A DNA stretch of 63,940 bases, filler included, from Stramenopiles sp. TOSAG23-3 (Eukaryota), in assembly GCA_900128585.1 (NCBI GenBank). It is 22 parts of 22 records of this genome, joined end to end, with 100 filler letters (N's around TTAATTAATTAA, not from the genome) between each part and the next. Parts side by side here need not be neighbours in the genome. Positions count along the whole stretch, not along the records: positions 20,461 to 23,273 come from LT644571.1; positions 23,374 to 26,186 come from LT644572.1; positions 26,287 to 29,098 come from LT644573.1; positions 29,199 to 32,008 come from LT644574.1; positions 32,109 to 34,918 come from LT644575.1; 17 more parts are not named here. One strand, given 5' to 3'. A program made the position numbers and the translations under genes. The notes below the pieces were generated by a model, which worked only from the letters and a program-made list of their open reading frames with translations, had not been told where the DNA came from and searched no databases. This document shows, piece by piece, positions 21,909 to 33,299 of this stretch (positions are counted from its first letter, which is position 1; the number at the start of each line of letters is the position of its first letter).

Positions 21909-22406
21909 TCTGATCTCGACCTCGTGTTTGCTTGTTTGGCAAAGACAAGTATATTTTTAAATAATGTGCAAGGTTGTTTGTAAATTCTTCTCTTTCTTTC
22001 TTTTACTTAAATCCATGGTGACGCCAACTCGTATACAAAAAGAAAGCTCATAAGGCACATACATACCGACTTACTAGTATTGTACGGCGGTGTGTAGGTG
22101 GTCGTTTATTCATCAAAGAAGAGGAGCGCAGCAGAGCTCAGCAGAGCTTTTTCTACTACGTCGTTCGTACATATACGTACGTACGTATTATACTAGTTTC
22201 CAATACAATGGAACGTATTATTTTAAATTGTATTTTATTCCGTTCTTCTGCGTATGCAATCTTAAATATTTGATGATGAATGATGATGACGATGATTGAA
22301 GTGAGTTTGCCCATCATTAAATATTATAATATTTCGTACAGGAGTATAGCATAAGTATTATTAAAATTAATTTCTTTTCTTCAAAAGTAGGAGGAGATTG
22401 AGTACA

Positions 22407-22570
22407 GAGAAGAAGAACAAGAAGAGAAAGAAGAAGAAGAAGAAAGAAGAAAGAAGAAGAAGAACAAGAAGAGATAGAAGAAGAAGAAAGAAGAAAGAAG
22501 AACAAGAAGAGATAGAAGAAGAAGAACAAGAAAGAAGAAGAGATAGAAGAAGAAGAACAAGAAGAAGAAA
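22407..22570. repeat. GAA-based degenerate minisatellite (GAACAAGAAGAGATAGAAGAAGAA units)
   Basis: Direct reading; further (GAAA)n/(TTTC)n tracts near 22846 and 23240. Confidence 0.9.
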
Positions 22571-22845
22571 GGTAGTCATTTAGTCATTTATTTATTATAT
22601 TCGTAAGTAGTTGGTTGAATTAGATAAGAGACTACAAGATATATAAATAATAAGTACAGTTACTACCCCTCCATTGTAATGAATTAAAAAAACCACCATG
22701 ATGGTATTAGATTATATTTCATTTATTACGAAAGATTAGAGTGTTACGTATATAGATGGAATTGATGACGCATTTCTGAAGAAGAAGAAGCAACAAATAA
22801 AATAATTAACTATTCGTCTCCTTCGTATAGATTATTATAGATAAA

Positions 22846-22877
<32 letters not shown>

Positions 22878-23683
22878 GTCAAATAAAGAAAGAAAGAAAA
22901 AGAAGTAAAGTGTGTTAATATAATTCAATCAACCCACACAAATTGGTATATAGACTATTTTAGAGTGTCTGTGTGTACAAACTAAAGATGGAATATTTTC
23001 CAATGCTCTGTTTAGTGTAAGTATATCTAATGTATTATATACTTTACTTAAATAACAGCCAATTTTCTTGTTTTTATTAATACTTTAAGGAACATGGTGG
23101 ATATAAATAAAATGCCTCAGACACTCTTTTTCTTCTTCTTTTTTGTTTTTTTGTCGTCTAGTCGTCTTGTTCCGGAAAATTATATTTCTCCCACTGTGTT
23201 TATGTTATGTAATTAATTAATATAAAAAGATGGATGTTTTCTTTTCTTTCTTTCTTTCTTTCTTTCTTTCGACNNNNNNNNNNNNNNNNNNNNNNNNNNN
23301 NNNNNNNNNNNNNNNNNTTAATTAATTAANNNNNNNNNNNNNNNNNNNNNNNNNNNNNNNNNNNNNNNNNNNNCTTCTTCAGTTAGTCTTTCTTTCATCA
23401 TCCATCTTCTTGCTGTTTTCTTATTACTCGTTTTTGTTTGTTGTCGTCTACTATCATGTACATATTATTTGTATTATATTATTTCGTATAGGACTACCGT
23501 TGTATTCTAAATTATTACAACTAAGTAGATACTACGAAGAGTCTAAAATTAATTATTTTGTTTTTCTATCTTTGTCTATTTAAGTATTGCAATTCGTTGC
23601 CTTTTTCTTCTTTCTTTCCTGTTGTTAGCTTTGTGTTATTAAATATTTGTTCCTCCCTCCCTTTCTTCCTTCCAGGCTATTCC

Positions 23684-23842
23684 ATCCTTCCTTCCTTCCT
23701 TCCTTCCTTCCTTCCTTCATTCCTTCACTTCATTCCTTCCTTCTTTCCTTCCTTCTATTGTACATTATAACACTCGTTCTCATTCCTTCTTTTTTTGATT
23801 AATTATACTCTCCTCTCCTCTCCTCTCCTCTCTCCTCTCCTT
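23684..23842. repeat. (TTCC)n and (CTCTC)n microsatellites
   Basis: Direct reading. Confidence 0.85.
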
Positions 23843-24790
23843 CATAATGAAAAAAAGGAACTCATCTTTAATTAGATAGAGAAATCCCGTTTGAACCAGA
23901 GGATCCGAGCAGAGATAACGTTGAAAGTCCTAGATTGGCCAAAGGTAAAGAATCNNNNNNNNNNNNNNNNNNNNNNNNNNNNNNTGCAACAACGATGACG
24001 TTCACCACAGTACGATACTCACCCACCTTCACCAAGGTCTTGCCCGAAGCGTATTGTAGTCTCACAAGTACTACTACTTTCCGAAAGTCTTCCGAATTAG
24101 GGAAGAAAGTTACAAGTAGAAATTAACTCTACTACATTATTCTTTGCAAACGAATTCTATATTATTTCTACATTTATTATTAGATTAATGAGTCCTCGTA
24201 GTAGTCGTCTACGTACTTTTAATATATTTATATTTTGACGGACGTTTCATTCATCTTTTCTTTAATTTGATAGGGAATATGGGTTTAATATTTTATACTT
24301 AATTGTGTATTAGTTTGTTTTTATAATATTTCTTTCTTTTTTTTATTTTTTTTATTTTTTATTATCAGTCTTTAGCTAGACTATATAGTCTTCTATTAAT
24401 AGAGACTAATAATATGATATAGCTACATATGATGGCTATTATTATTTAGACTAGTATATTATTTTATTAACCTAGGTCATCATCATGTCACCGTTGATGT
24501 TTCAACGGCTCTTGATTATTATTTTAGAAAAGTAACAAACAGGGGAATAACAAGAAGAAGAATGAAGAAAAACGACAAAAAAAAAATATCACCACCACCA
24601 CCGCCACTTCATTTTTCAATACAAATACAAATGGCAAGTCAAGAGAAGCACAGAAACAAGGAAATATTTATACGAACAGATAAATTGGTTCAGTAAACAA
24701 TAAATACACACACAGAGTGATTGAGATTTTGCTTTTTTTTTGATACGGAAATACAGTTTAATCCCAAAAACAAAGAAGACACTTGGAAAC

Positions 24791-26186
24791 ATGGACCCCG
24801 GCGAGTTTACGTCAGAGAAGCAAGACCGAGAGAACCGTATAAAGCAGCGCCGGGCGCGCATTGAGTCCAGGAAACGCGCAAAAGACAATGAAGGCCGCGA
24901 AGGGGTAGGAGAGAACGAAGATATGGAGCACCAGTCGCAGGGTGCGAAGCAGACTCAACAGAGTCTTTCTCATATCGACCGGGTCAAGGCCCAGTCGATC
25001 GAAAATGTTACCTCCATTCGTGTGCAGGCGGACAACTCGGAAAACCAACGGCGGATACGAGAGGAAGACAACCGGCAGACCAGGCTGCGAAGGCTTCAGG
25101 AAGAGGCCATCGAGAGTGGGAAGCGGAACGCCGCGGTCGAAATGAGGTGGCAAGAGCTTATGAACTACAACATGCCGCAAGACCTGCTCGTCGAGCTCAG
25201 CAAGCAGAAGGACGGGTGCGGTCGCATTATTGCCAGCAAAGACACGCTCATAAACGAGTTCAACAACGAGCTGAAAGCCAAAGACGAGGAGTACGTCAAG
25301 GCGCTGAAGCAGCAAGAGGAGGACATCACGCAATTGATATCTCGGATGAGGCAGCAGTACAGCGACCTGCAGAAGGAATACGAAGTAGAATTGGAGCAGA
25401 TTGAAGATGCGTTCATGCGAGAAAGGGACGAGCTGCTCAATGGGAACAAGAAAGAGATCGACGACTTGTTCGACAAGCGTCGCCACATGGAAATCCACTT
25501 TATGGAGGCCAAGCAAGAGCGCGAGGAAAAGTACCAAGAAGAGATACAGAACCTAAGGGTCAAAGACGCAGAGGATTACAACAAACTTAAAATAAAACTG
25601 GAAACGGATATCCAAACGTTGGAGCAGCAGCTAGAAGAAATGAGGGCAACCTACCAACTCAACACGGAGAAATTGGAGTATAACTACCGGGTGTTGACCG
25701 AGCGGGACATGGAAAACAGTGCCACGCTGAGCCAGCAGAAGAAGAAGTTGGCACGCCTCAAAGACGCCCTGGGGAACCAAATACAGAAGTACCATAGCCA
25801 GGACTCAGAGCACAAGAGCGAGAACCAGCTGCTTACGGAGGATTACCGTCGGATCACAAAGCAGTACAAGGACTTGCAGAACAAGTTTCGCCATTTCGAA
25901 GTAGCAGACAACGAACGGTACCAAGAAGTGTGGAACATGCACAAAGACGAGGCGGCGGAGCTGGTAGAGAACGTGCTAAAGGCAGACGAGGTCATCCACC
26001 AACAACTATTAGGTTTAGATTGGCACCCGCCGACTTCTGACGTGTTTGCAAAAGTCCCGAAAGGCGTTGGCGCGACCCAAGGCGGGGCCGAACAGACTAC
26101 CCAGGACGAAGGAAAGATGGGGGAAGAAGGGAAGCAGGCTGAACCGTCTCGCCCAGTGTCGGACTACAAAGTCAAGGTCATGCTTC
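24791..26186 (+). CDS. DRC1: Dynein regulatory complex subunit 1 (CCDC164), 3'-partial
   Basis: IIASKDTLINEF...KDEEYVKALKQQEEDI, LEEMRATYQLNTEKLEYNYRVLTERD, ITKQYKDLQNKFRHFE, ADEVIHQQLLGLDW. Confidence 0.95.
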
Positions 26187-26331
26187 NNNNNNNNNNNNNN
26201 NNNNNNNNNNNNNNNNNNNNNNNNNNNNNNTTAATTAATTAANNNNNNNNNNNNNNNNNNNNNNNNNNNNNNNNNNNNNNNNNNNNCAACAAACAAAAGT
26301 TAAACTTAGTAATTTGTTGTAACACAACACC

Positions 26332-28002
26332 ATGCCAAAGCGTTGGAAGCGCCAGCTTCGACGGGAGCAGGGTAAGATGACTGCCGCCCGACTGAAGCAA
26401 GTACATACGTGGGAAGTGAACGACGTTTGCCTCGTTCTAAACTCCCTGGCAATGGGTGCATACGTACCTGCTGTGAAGTCTAAGGAGGTATCCGGGTCCA
26501 TATTGATGTCGTTGTCTGCGGTAAATTTGCAAACGTCACTGGGGTTCGATCCCGTGGACGCGGTAAAGTTTGCTCGTTTTGTTCAGGAAAAACGAGAAGA
26601 AGTAATAAGCGGTGGCGAGGTTACCCCTGAGAAGAGCAAACTCCGGCCCAATAGTGACGCTGGTGCCCGACGTTCGGAAAAGTCAGTAAAACCAAACAAA
26701 AGAGCCAATGCGAGGCCAGGGCTTAGAGAATACAAGTCTGCCACCAAGATAATCGTTGGGGCAGGCAAAGCGTTTGCGTTCCCGATACCCATCAGGACGG
26801 GGGGGATGGAAGTGGAGTATTCGTTTACTGTTTTCGACGGGTACGATATAAACTTTCAAATACTAGCCGCGTATGACCAAGGGCGACGAAAAGAAGTTTT
26901 GGTGTGTTTAGAACGCCAAGGTAGCGATGGGGTGGTCAAGGGATCTGTCAAGCCATTGGAGCCATGCCTGCTTTTTCTAGAGTTCGACAACACCTATTCT
27001 TGGGTCAACCCGAAAGAGCTGCGGTATTCCGTGAAAATAGACGAGCGAGTACTGCTCTTGAAGGCTTGGGAGGAATCGTTCTTGAAGTTTTCCAAGCGCT
27101 TGCAATCTTGGGGTCACACTGTTCGCGTGCTTTTCCCCCACTTTTTCTGGTACAATAGCGCCGACCACCACGACAATACGTCTGTGGGATGGAAGTCCCC
27201 GTTCCCAACTGGAAATGGGATAGTCGAGGACGTCAGTGCATTTATGGGAGAATGGGAAGCCTTGCGCGACACCATGATGGTGGACCTCAACCCTCCAATC
27301 CTTAACGCCAAAGTTGCAGTCGTGGAAGCATTTTTGGAACACATAAACCGGGAAGTGGTTCTTTTTGATTTGGTTCGAAAATCCCCGCTATACCACCTCA
27401 GGAATGCCCTGTTCATGCTTTCTGCGGAGATGGGATACTCAGAGAGACGGGTAGAAGACATTTCGGTGTACGCCAACCGATTGAAACTGGTTCCAGGTAT
27501 CTTGAAGTGGGGAATGTTGCAAATGGAATCACAAATGGAGCAACAATATGCGATAGAAACGATACGATTTTTAGAAAAAGACCACCTAGATCTTTCCAAC
27601 TTGATTGTGGACTCAATGGCCCCATTATTTGGCCTGATCCGCTCAACTTGGGTAACGAGCGATTCAACGGCCGAGCATCGCGCAGCGATGTTGGAACAGT
27701 TGGAACGTAGCGGAGAGCTTGCCAGTGTTGCTATTCGGGAGTATGGAAGTTGGATTTCCTCCAAAATCAAAGCACAACCCCATGGTACCGTGGGCGCAGA
27801 AGAGCTTCAATACAGCGGCAAATATGATTTTGCATATGATTTTGCCGCGCTAAGAGATAAGGCTGCCACGAGAATCAACGACGTGCTTCACACTGGCGTG
27901 GTGGAGGGCAACTTTGACTCCGTCGCTCATGCTTTGACGGTTAGTAGAGTCATCTTGGCGACAGCACTGTCCTCGGAATTCGATATTTACTCAGGGAAGT
28001 GA
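26332..28002 (+). CDS. SAM domain + GOLD domain + helical C-terminal domain protein
   Basis: SAM: WEVNDVCLVLNSLAMGAYVPAVKSKEVSGSILMSL. GOLD: YSFTVFDGYDINF...LEFDNTYSWVNPKELRYSV. Confidence 0.8.
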   Translation: MPKRWKRQLRREQGKMTAARLKQVHTWEVNDVCLVLNSLAMGAYVPAVKSKEVSGSILMSLSAVNLQTSLGFDPVDAVKFARFVQEKREEVISGGEVTPEKSKLRPNSDAGARRSEKSVKPNKRANARPGLREYKSATKIIVGAGKAFAFPIPIRTGGMEVEYSFTVFDGYDINFQILAAYDQGRRKEVLVCLERQGSDGVVKGSVKPLEPCLLFLEFDNTYSWVNPKELRYSVKIDERVLLLKAWEESFLKFSKRLQSWGHTVRVLFPHFFWYNSADHHDNTSVGWKSPFPTGNGIVEDVSAFMGEWEALRDTMMVDLNPPILNAKVAVVEAFLEHINREVVLFDLVRKSPLYHLRNALFMLSAEMGYSERRVEDISVYANRLKLVPGILKWGMLQMESQMEQQYAIETIRFLEKDHLDLSNLIVDSMAPLFGLIRSTWVTSDSTAEHRAAMLEQLERSGELASVAIREYGSWISSKIKAQPHGTVGAEELQYSGKYDFAYDFAALRDKAATRINDVLHTGVVEGNFDSVAHALTVSRVILATALSSEFDIYSGK

Positions 28003-28210
28003 ATCATAAGTGATTACGCACGACTTAAATAAAAAAAACAAAAAATTCGTACGCACGACATTAAAACGAAACCTGCCAATTACGTTCGTAGAAAACTTTA
28101 GACCCGAGTATCGACGAAGAATCACGCTTCTTAGCTCTTATTTTAAGATTTTATTTACGACTTTTATTAAACTAAACAACAGAACTGAAAGGGCACACAA
28201 ATTCACGGCA

Positions 28211-28453
28211 TCACTCATTTAAATATCCAGAATCTTTCAAGCTATTCAAGTGCGTGGCTTGCACCTTTGCGGAGTCCAACTGTGTCCAACCAAACTTTAA
28301 TAAAAATTGCACTTTCTCGCTGTCTCTTTCCGATCTGGCAATGTCAAACTCGTGCCTCACCTTTCTCCTAATAAAATTAGCTCTTGTATAATTGGGCATT
28401 TGGTGAGCCACTCGCAAAAATGCACGATATAGATGTACGGCCTCAACGCTCAT
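28211..28453 (-). CDS. LYR-motif (Complex1_LYR) mitochondrial protein
   Basis: MSVEAVHLYRAFLRVAHQMP...FIRRKVRHEF...EKVQFLLKFG, about 80 aa. Confidence 0.9.
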   Translation of the reverse strand: MSVEAVHLYRAFLRVAHQMPNYTRANFIRRKVRHEFDIARSERDSEKVQFLLKFGWTQLDSAKVQATHLNSLKDSGYLNE

Positions 28454-28454
28454 T

Positions 28455-28766
28455 CTATTCTGCGGCATACTCACAATATTCTGGATTCTTCACTAAGAAA
28501 TTCCCTGAAATGTAGGTGCAGCTTGGCCTCACGAGCTGTTTCTCTGCTTTTGCAAATTCAAATATAGCAACGCACAGTTTTTTTGCCAGCCCGCAGCCTC
28601 TCCCAGACGGTGGAACAAACGTATGGTACGCGTCCAACACACCACCAGATTCAATATTATACTCAACAAAAAAATCTTCACCACTCGCAGTCTTTCCAAC
28701 GAACCGGTTGTTTTGCGCGTCGTGGCTAATGTCCGTTCCTCCTGTCGCGGTTCCCAATTCTGCCAT
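28455..28766 (-). CDS. Minimal GNAT acetyltransferase (Acetyltransf_CG; YjdJ/NATD1/At1g77540-like)
   Basis: HDAQNNRF, HTFVPPSGRGCGLAKKL, VRPSCTYI...NPEY. Confidence 0.92.
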   Translation of the reverse strand: MAELGTATGGTDISHDAQNNRFVGKTASGEDFFVEYNIESGGVLDAYHTFVPPSGRGCGLAKKLCVAIFEFAKAEKQLVRPSCTYISGNFLVKNPEYCEYAAE

Positions 28767-29016
28767 TTATAGTGGAAGAAAATCCCACTGTTCCAGTCGT
28801 TGCAGAAGATATTCTTCGTGTCCAATCTGTTATGTCGGTTGGTTGCTATCATAAATGGAAAATAATTGCATTTGTTCCATGCTACCAGGTGTGACGATTT
28901 AAAAGCACTCGGTGAAAAATATACAAAAAAATGCCAAAAAACAGGAGGGGAGGACATATTATTTAATAATAAAATAATAATAATAGACTATGACCACACA
29001 TCATATATAATATAAT

Positions 29017-29098
29017 CTTTCTTCTTCTCTTTTCTTCTTCTTCTTTTCTTCTTTCTTCTCTCTTCTTCTTCTTCTTCTTCTTCTTCTTCTTCTTCTTC
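29017..29098. repeat. (CTT)n microsatellite at contig edge
   Basis: Direct reading. Confidence 0.93.
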
Positions 29099-29874
29099 NN
29101 NNNNNNNNNNNNNNNNNNNNNNNNNNNNNNNNNNNNNNNNNNTTAATTAATTAANNNNNNNNNNNNNNNNNNNNNNNNNNNNNNNNNNNNNNNNNNNNTT
29201 AGCTTTAGACGATATGTTAAATCCATAAATACAATTCCGTAATTTAAATAACCGCTATCATACTAGTATTTTGTTTTTCTAAAATAAAAATATTACAAAA
29301 AGTAATTCGTAAAGTAATGTAACTATGCTTCTCTGCTGTTCTGAAACTCTAGTCGGAATTCTTCTCAAGACCACGTGTTCTTACATACTGAGATGGGGGC
29401 GATTTGCAAGTACGTACTTTTCAAATGCATTGTAAAATGTGGATTGTTTTTCTCCAGACTTTTTTGGGGCAAATAATAAAACCATTTGTGAACCCATCTA
29501 CGCTAGCTCTAACGACATTTTCTGGTATTTAAATATGATATAAATACCTATATACTTTTGTACTATTTCTGCTGCTCCCTGAATTTTGATGCACCGGCAT
29601 CATCATCCGGCATGCATGATGAAAAAAAAAAAAAAATAGAGAATAGTATTTTAAGTAATTGATGAACATATTATTTCAAATTGTTCGTTTATGAACGAAA
29701 GTAGTTATTAAAAACAATATAACGATAAGAATGTTCCCTGCGCTTTACATTCAATCTTATTAACTTCGTGAAACAAACGCGAACGCATTGTTTGGGCTCT
29801 TACGGTATTTTTGTCTTCTCTTCCTTTAAAACCGCAAGGTCGCTTAACGGGGTCGGCGTTGGAAAGTTGCTGCG

Positions 29875-32008
29875 ATGTCGTCGACTGCGGCGGTGAGTCC
29901 GGCGAGGAGAAAGGCGCCAGAAACGATAGAAGAATACCATTCGTTGGTTAAAAAACAGCAAGAAACCATCTTAAAACTCAAAGAATATGCTAAGCGGCTA
30001 AAAGCCAAAGCATTGCAAGGATCAAACGATAGTACAGACGCAGTAGACCCAGGTGACAGCGGGGAGTCCAAGGAAACTGTTGCTCGGCTGAAAAAAGTCC
30101 TGAAGGAACTGACGGCAAGGTACAAGCTTTTGAAGCAGCAAGTTGACAATGAAAAAAATACGGACGGGGGGTCCTCTGACACCGACGGAGTGCCCTTGGA
30201 ATCATCAGATGTCAAACGTTTAAAAGCGGAGCTTGAAGAAAAGACCTTGTTGCTGGAAAGTTTACGAAATAACTTGGCACAGATGCAAGAGGCGCCAGCA
30301 CAGAGCGAGACACCCGGGGCTGACCACGAGGATGAGTTGAAGCAACTTCGACAAAGGAACATGGAATTGAAGGCTAGCAAACACACGCTTGCGGGAAAAG
30401 CAAAGCAGATTTTGGCGAAGTTAAATCAGTTCAAGGGTGCATTAAAAGAGTGTGAAGAAGAGAGGAAAAGGTTGTCAGCGGAAGTGGACTCACTGAAGAG
30501 CACCAACTCAACGCTGAGCACGCGCAATGAAGAGTTAGAGGTCATGAAGCGGGAAAAGGATTCCTCTTTCAGCATTGGTATGAAAGAAGTCGTAAATCTT
30601 AAAAAGAGGCTCTCTCACCTGGAACAACAAAATGTAGAAGCTGTAAAGGCTAAAGAAACTGCTACGGAAGCTCTCACAGAATTACAAAACCAGCTGAAAA
30701 GTTCGAAAGAAGACTTGTGTACACTGAAGGAAGCTTTGCAGGCAGCCGAATTAGAGAAAGCCTCTATTCTTGATGAACTGAAATCAAGCAAAGAGAAAAA
30801 AACATCTCATGGCGGCAGCCCCACAAAGATTGGCGATGGTTCGACTGTGAAAGAACTACAAGAGGAATGTGAAAAATATAAGAAAATGGCACAGGACTAT
30901 AAAGATAGTAGAGTTAAACTGGGGTCAAAGACGAAGCAGCTTCTGGAGAAGTTGAACGAAACTAAACAAGCGCTAGCTACCGAAGAGACCTCGAAGGCTG
31001 AATTGTCGAACGAAATCGTTTCAGCAAAGGAGAAATATGAGAACGAACTGTCCCAAGAAAAACTCAGACACAGGGAAGAAATAATTGCAGTGGAAGCAAA
31101 TTTGGTGCAAAAATGCCAAAGCGTCACGGACGAAGTCGCTAGGCTACAACTTGAACTAAGGGAAACAGCGAAGAACGCAAAGGAAGCGACAGATGCCCTG
31201 AACTTGTTGAAACAGGATTCAGACAAATTAAAGAGCCAACTGGCTGCATCTGAAAAACTTCAACAAGAATGTGAAAAATACGAAATTGAAATCAAAGAAT
31301 TGAACCTATTCAAAGAGAGCAGCAATGAAAATACGAAGCAACTTCAACAGAAGTTGAATGAAATGAAGCAAGAATTGGAAGAGGCGGAACGCAAACACGA
31401 GGAAGACACGTCAAGTCTACAATCATCGTTTTTGGAAAAATCCAATAGCACAAGAGAAGAATCATCGAAGCAAAGCGAGGAACTAAAAGCTATGAGAACA
31501 GAAATGGATATGGTGGTGAAAGAAAGGGATCAGGTTTTATCGAAGCTAAAAGTAACAGGGAAAGAGCTGGAAGATCGCAAAATATCTGAAGTTGGCCTGT
31601 TGGAATCGAACAAAGAATTAAATGCAAAGATCGATAGCATTTCGGTTGAAGTAAAATCAAAAGAGGTTGAACTCAAAAATATGATACAACAATGCAAACG
31701 TTTGGAAGAGAATGTAGGTGTTCTAATGGCAGAATGTGATGGGGCTCGTCAGCAAGAAAGGTCAACAAACAAGTCGCTTGCAGAAGTTCAACAAGAGTTG
31801 CAGTCATCACTACAAACAGTAAAGGATCTAAATGCTGAGATTAAAACCTTGCAAACCAACAATAGTTTAGAAATTGAAAAGCGTGTGGCGGATATTGCAT
31901 CATGCAAATCAGACCATGAGAAAGAAATGTCGGAAGGAAGGAAGGCGCAAGAACAAATGCAAACAGAGTACTTAGAGAAAGAAAAAGAAATGGTAAAATC
32001 GCATGAAA
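29875..32008 (+). CDS. Long coiled-coil protein, golgin-like (3'-partial)
   Basis: Over 700 codons, E/K/L/Q-rich heptads, with an internally repeated LQEECEKY...TKQLLEKLNE unit. Confidence 0.85.
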
Positions 32009-32108
32009 NNNNNNNNNNNNNNNNNNNNNNNNNNNNNNNNNNNNNNNNNNNNTTAATTAATTAANNNNNNNNNNNNNNNNNNNNNNNNNNNNNNNNNNNN
32101 NNNNNNNN

Positions 32109-32813
32109 TTAGTTTTTATTTGTAGTGCTGCGAAAGAGGGCGAGGTCGTCAGGGGGTTGCGTAGTGGAGATGTTTTCGTGTCAAATATATCGTATGCTGT
32201 GAGAAGAAACGCTTCTTCTAATGTAGAAATAAACCGCCTCGTGGAACTTGCGAAAAACGCAAACGTTCTATGCAACAAACCAAATAGTAGGTTGCAAGGC
32301 GACTACTTGATTACGGATAACAATTGGAAAGAATTTCCCGCTAGTGCTCGGCAGAAAGTTTCGGAATGCAATGTACCAATGTTAAAAATCATAGCGGTGA
32401 GATACCTCAAATTTGTAGACAAAATATGCCCCACTGACAAAAGGAATGGTCAACCAAGTGCCACGCACGGTCAAATAAACGTTACAATTGAAACGACCGA
32501 GCCCGTGGGGTTGGGCAAGTTGACGAAAGTGACGCAGAAAGCTAGGGTTTTGCAAAGGCATGCGGGAGAGCCCTTGAAAATGATGCAAGATTTGCACCGG
32601 CCGGGTGAGTTGCAGCATGTAGCAGCATTCTTATTGGAACAGGCGACAACTGCCCAGGATTACATAGAGGAAATGGGCAGCATGATAAAACCGTTCTATG
32701 TAAAGCCAAAGGACGAACGAGAGGCCGACGCCCAATTGGCTCTTGAAGAACGGAAAATGCAGATTCACGAGAGAATGGTAAAAAAGGAATCCAGCCCCCC
32801 GTCGTCGGGCTGA
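32109..32813 (+). CDS. C-terminus of a hypothetical protein (5'-partial)
   Basis: Frame open from the contig edge for 234 codons, then AT-rich sequence. Confidence 0.7.
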   Translation, partial: LVFICSAAKEGEVVRGLRSGDVFVSNISYAVRRNASSNVEINRLVELAKNANVLCNKPNSRLQGDYLITDNNWKEFPASARQKVSECNVPMLKIIAVRYLKFVDKICPTDKRNGQPSATHGQINVTIETTEPVGLGKLTKVTQKARVLQRHAGEPLKMMQDLHRPGELQHVAAFLLEQATTAQDYIEEMGSMIKPFYVKPKDEREADAQLALEERKMQIHERMVKKESSPPSSG

Positions 32814-33299
32814 GAACCCTGTGTTGAAATTATCTTGTAAATCCATTTTTGAAATATAGAATACATGCTTTGCTGTTTATTGGTTAAGTTTAAGCCAAGA
32901 CTGCCAAGATTCATTTAATGCGCACATATGAAAACAAATTATATCATAATACGTTTTGGGATAGACACGGACATCTAAAAAACAATAATAGTCGCTGTCT
33001 CAAACAACTTCATGATAGTTTGAATGATGAATACCAGAAGTTTTATTCTGGAACAAGGAGGAGTTTGGGTTCTTGAGCGGTTTTAATAATTTGTTCATAT
33101 ATGCATATGCATAGTATGTTTGCGCACATATGATATGTTATAATTTTTGAGTAGATTCATTTTCGCGGTAATATGAGGAAGCTAAAAATTGTAAAAATTA
33201 CACTTAAAATCAAAATAATAACAGGAGGAGGGAATTTTCTCTTGTTTTTTAACTTATCAAATTTAACTTACATATCATAATTATTAAGAGTGTGTAAAT

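Noticed and set aside
22317..22583. Poly-Leu/Ser/Phe and Arg/Glu-rich ORFs (similar ones at 23558 and 46583)
   Set aside because: Translations of GAA/TTC microsatellites.
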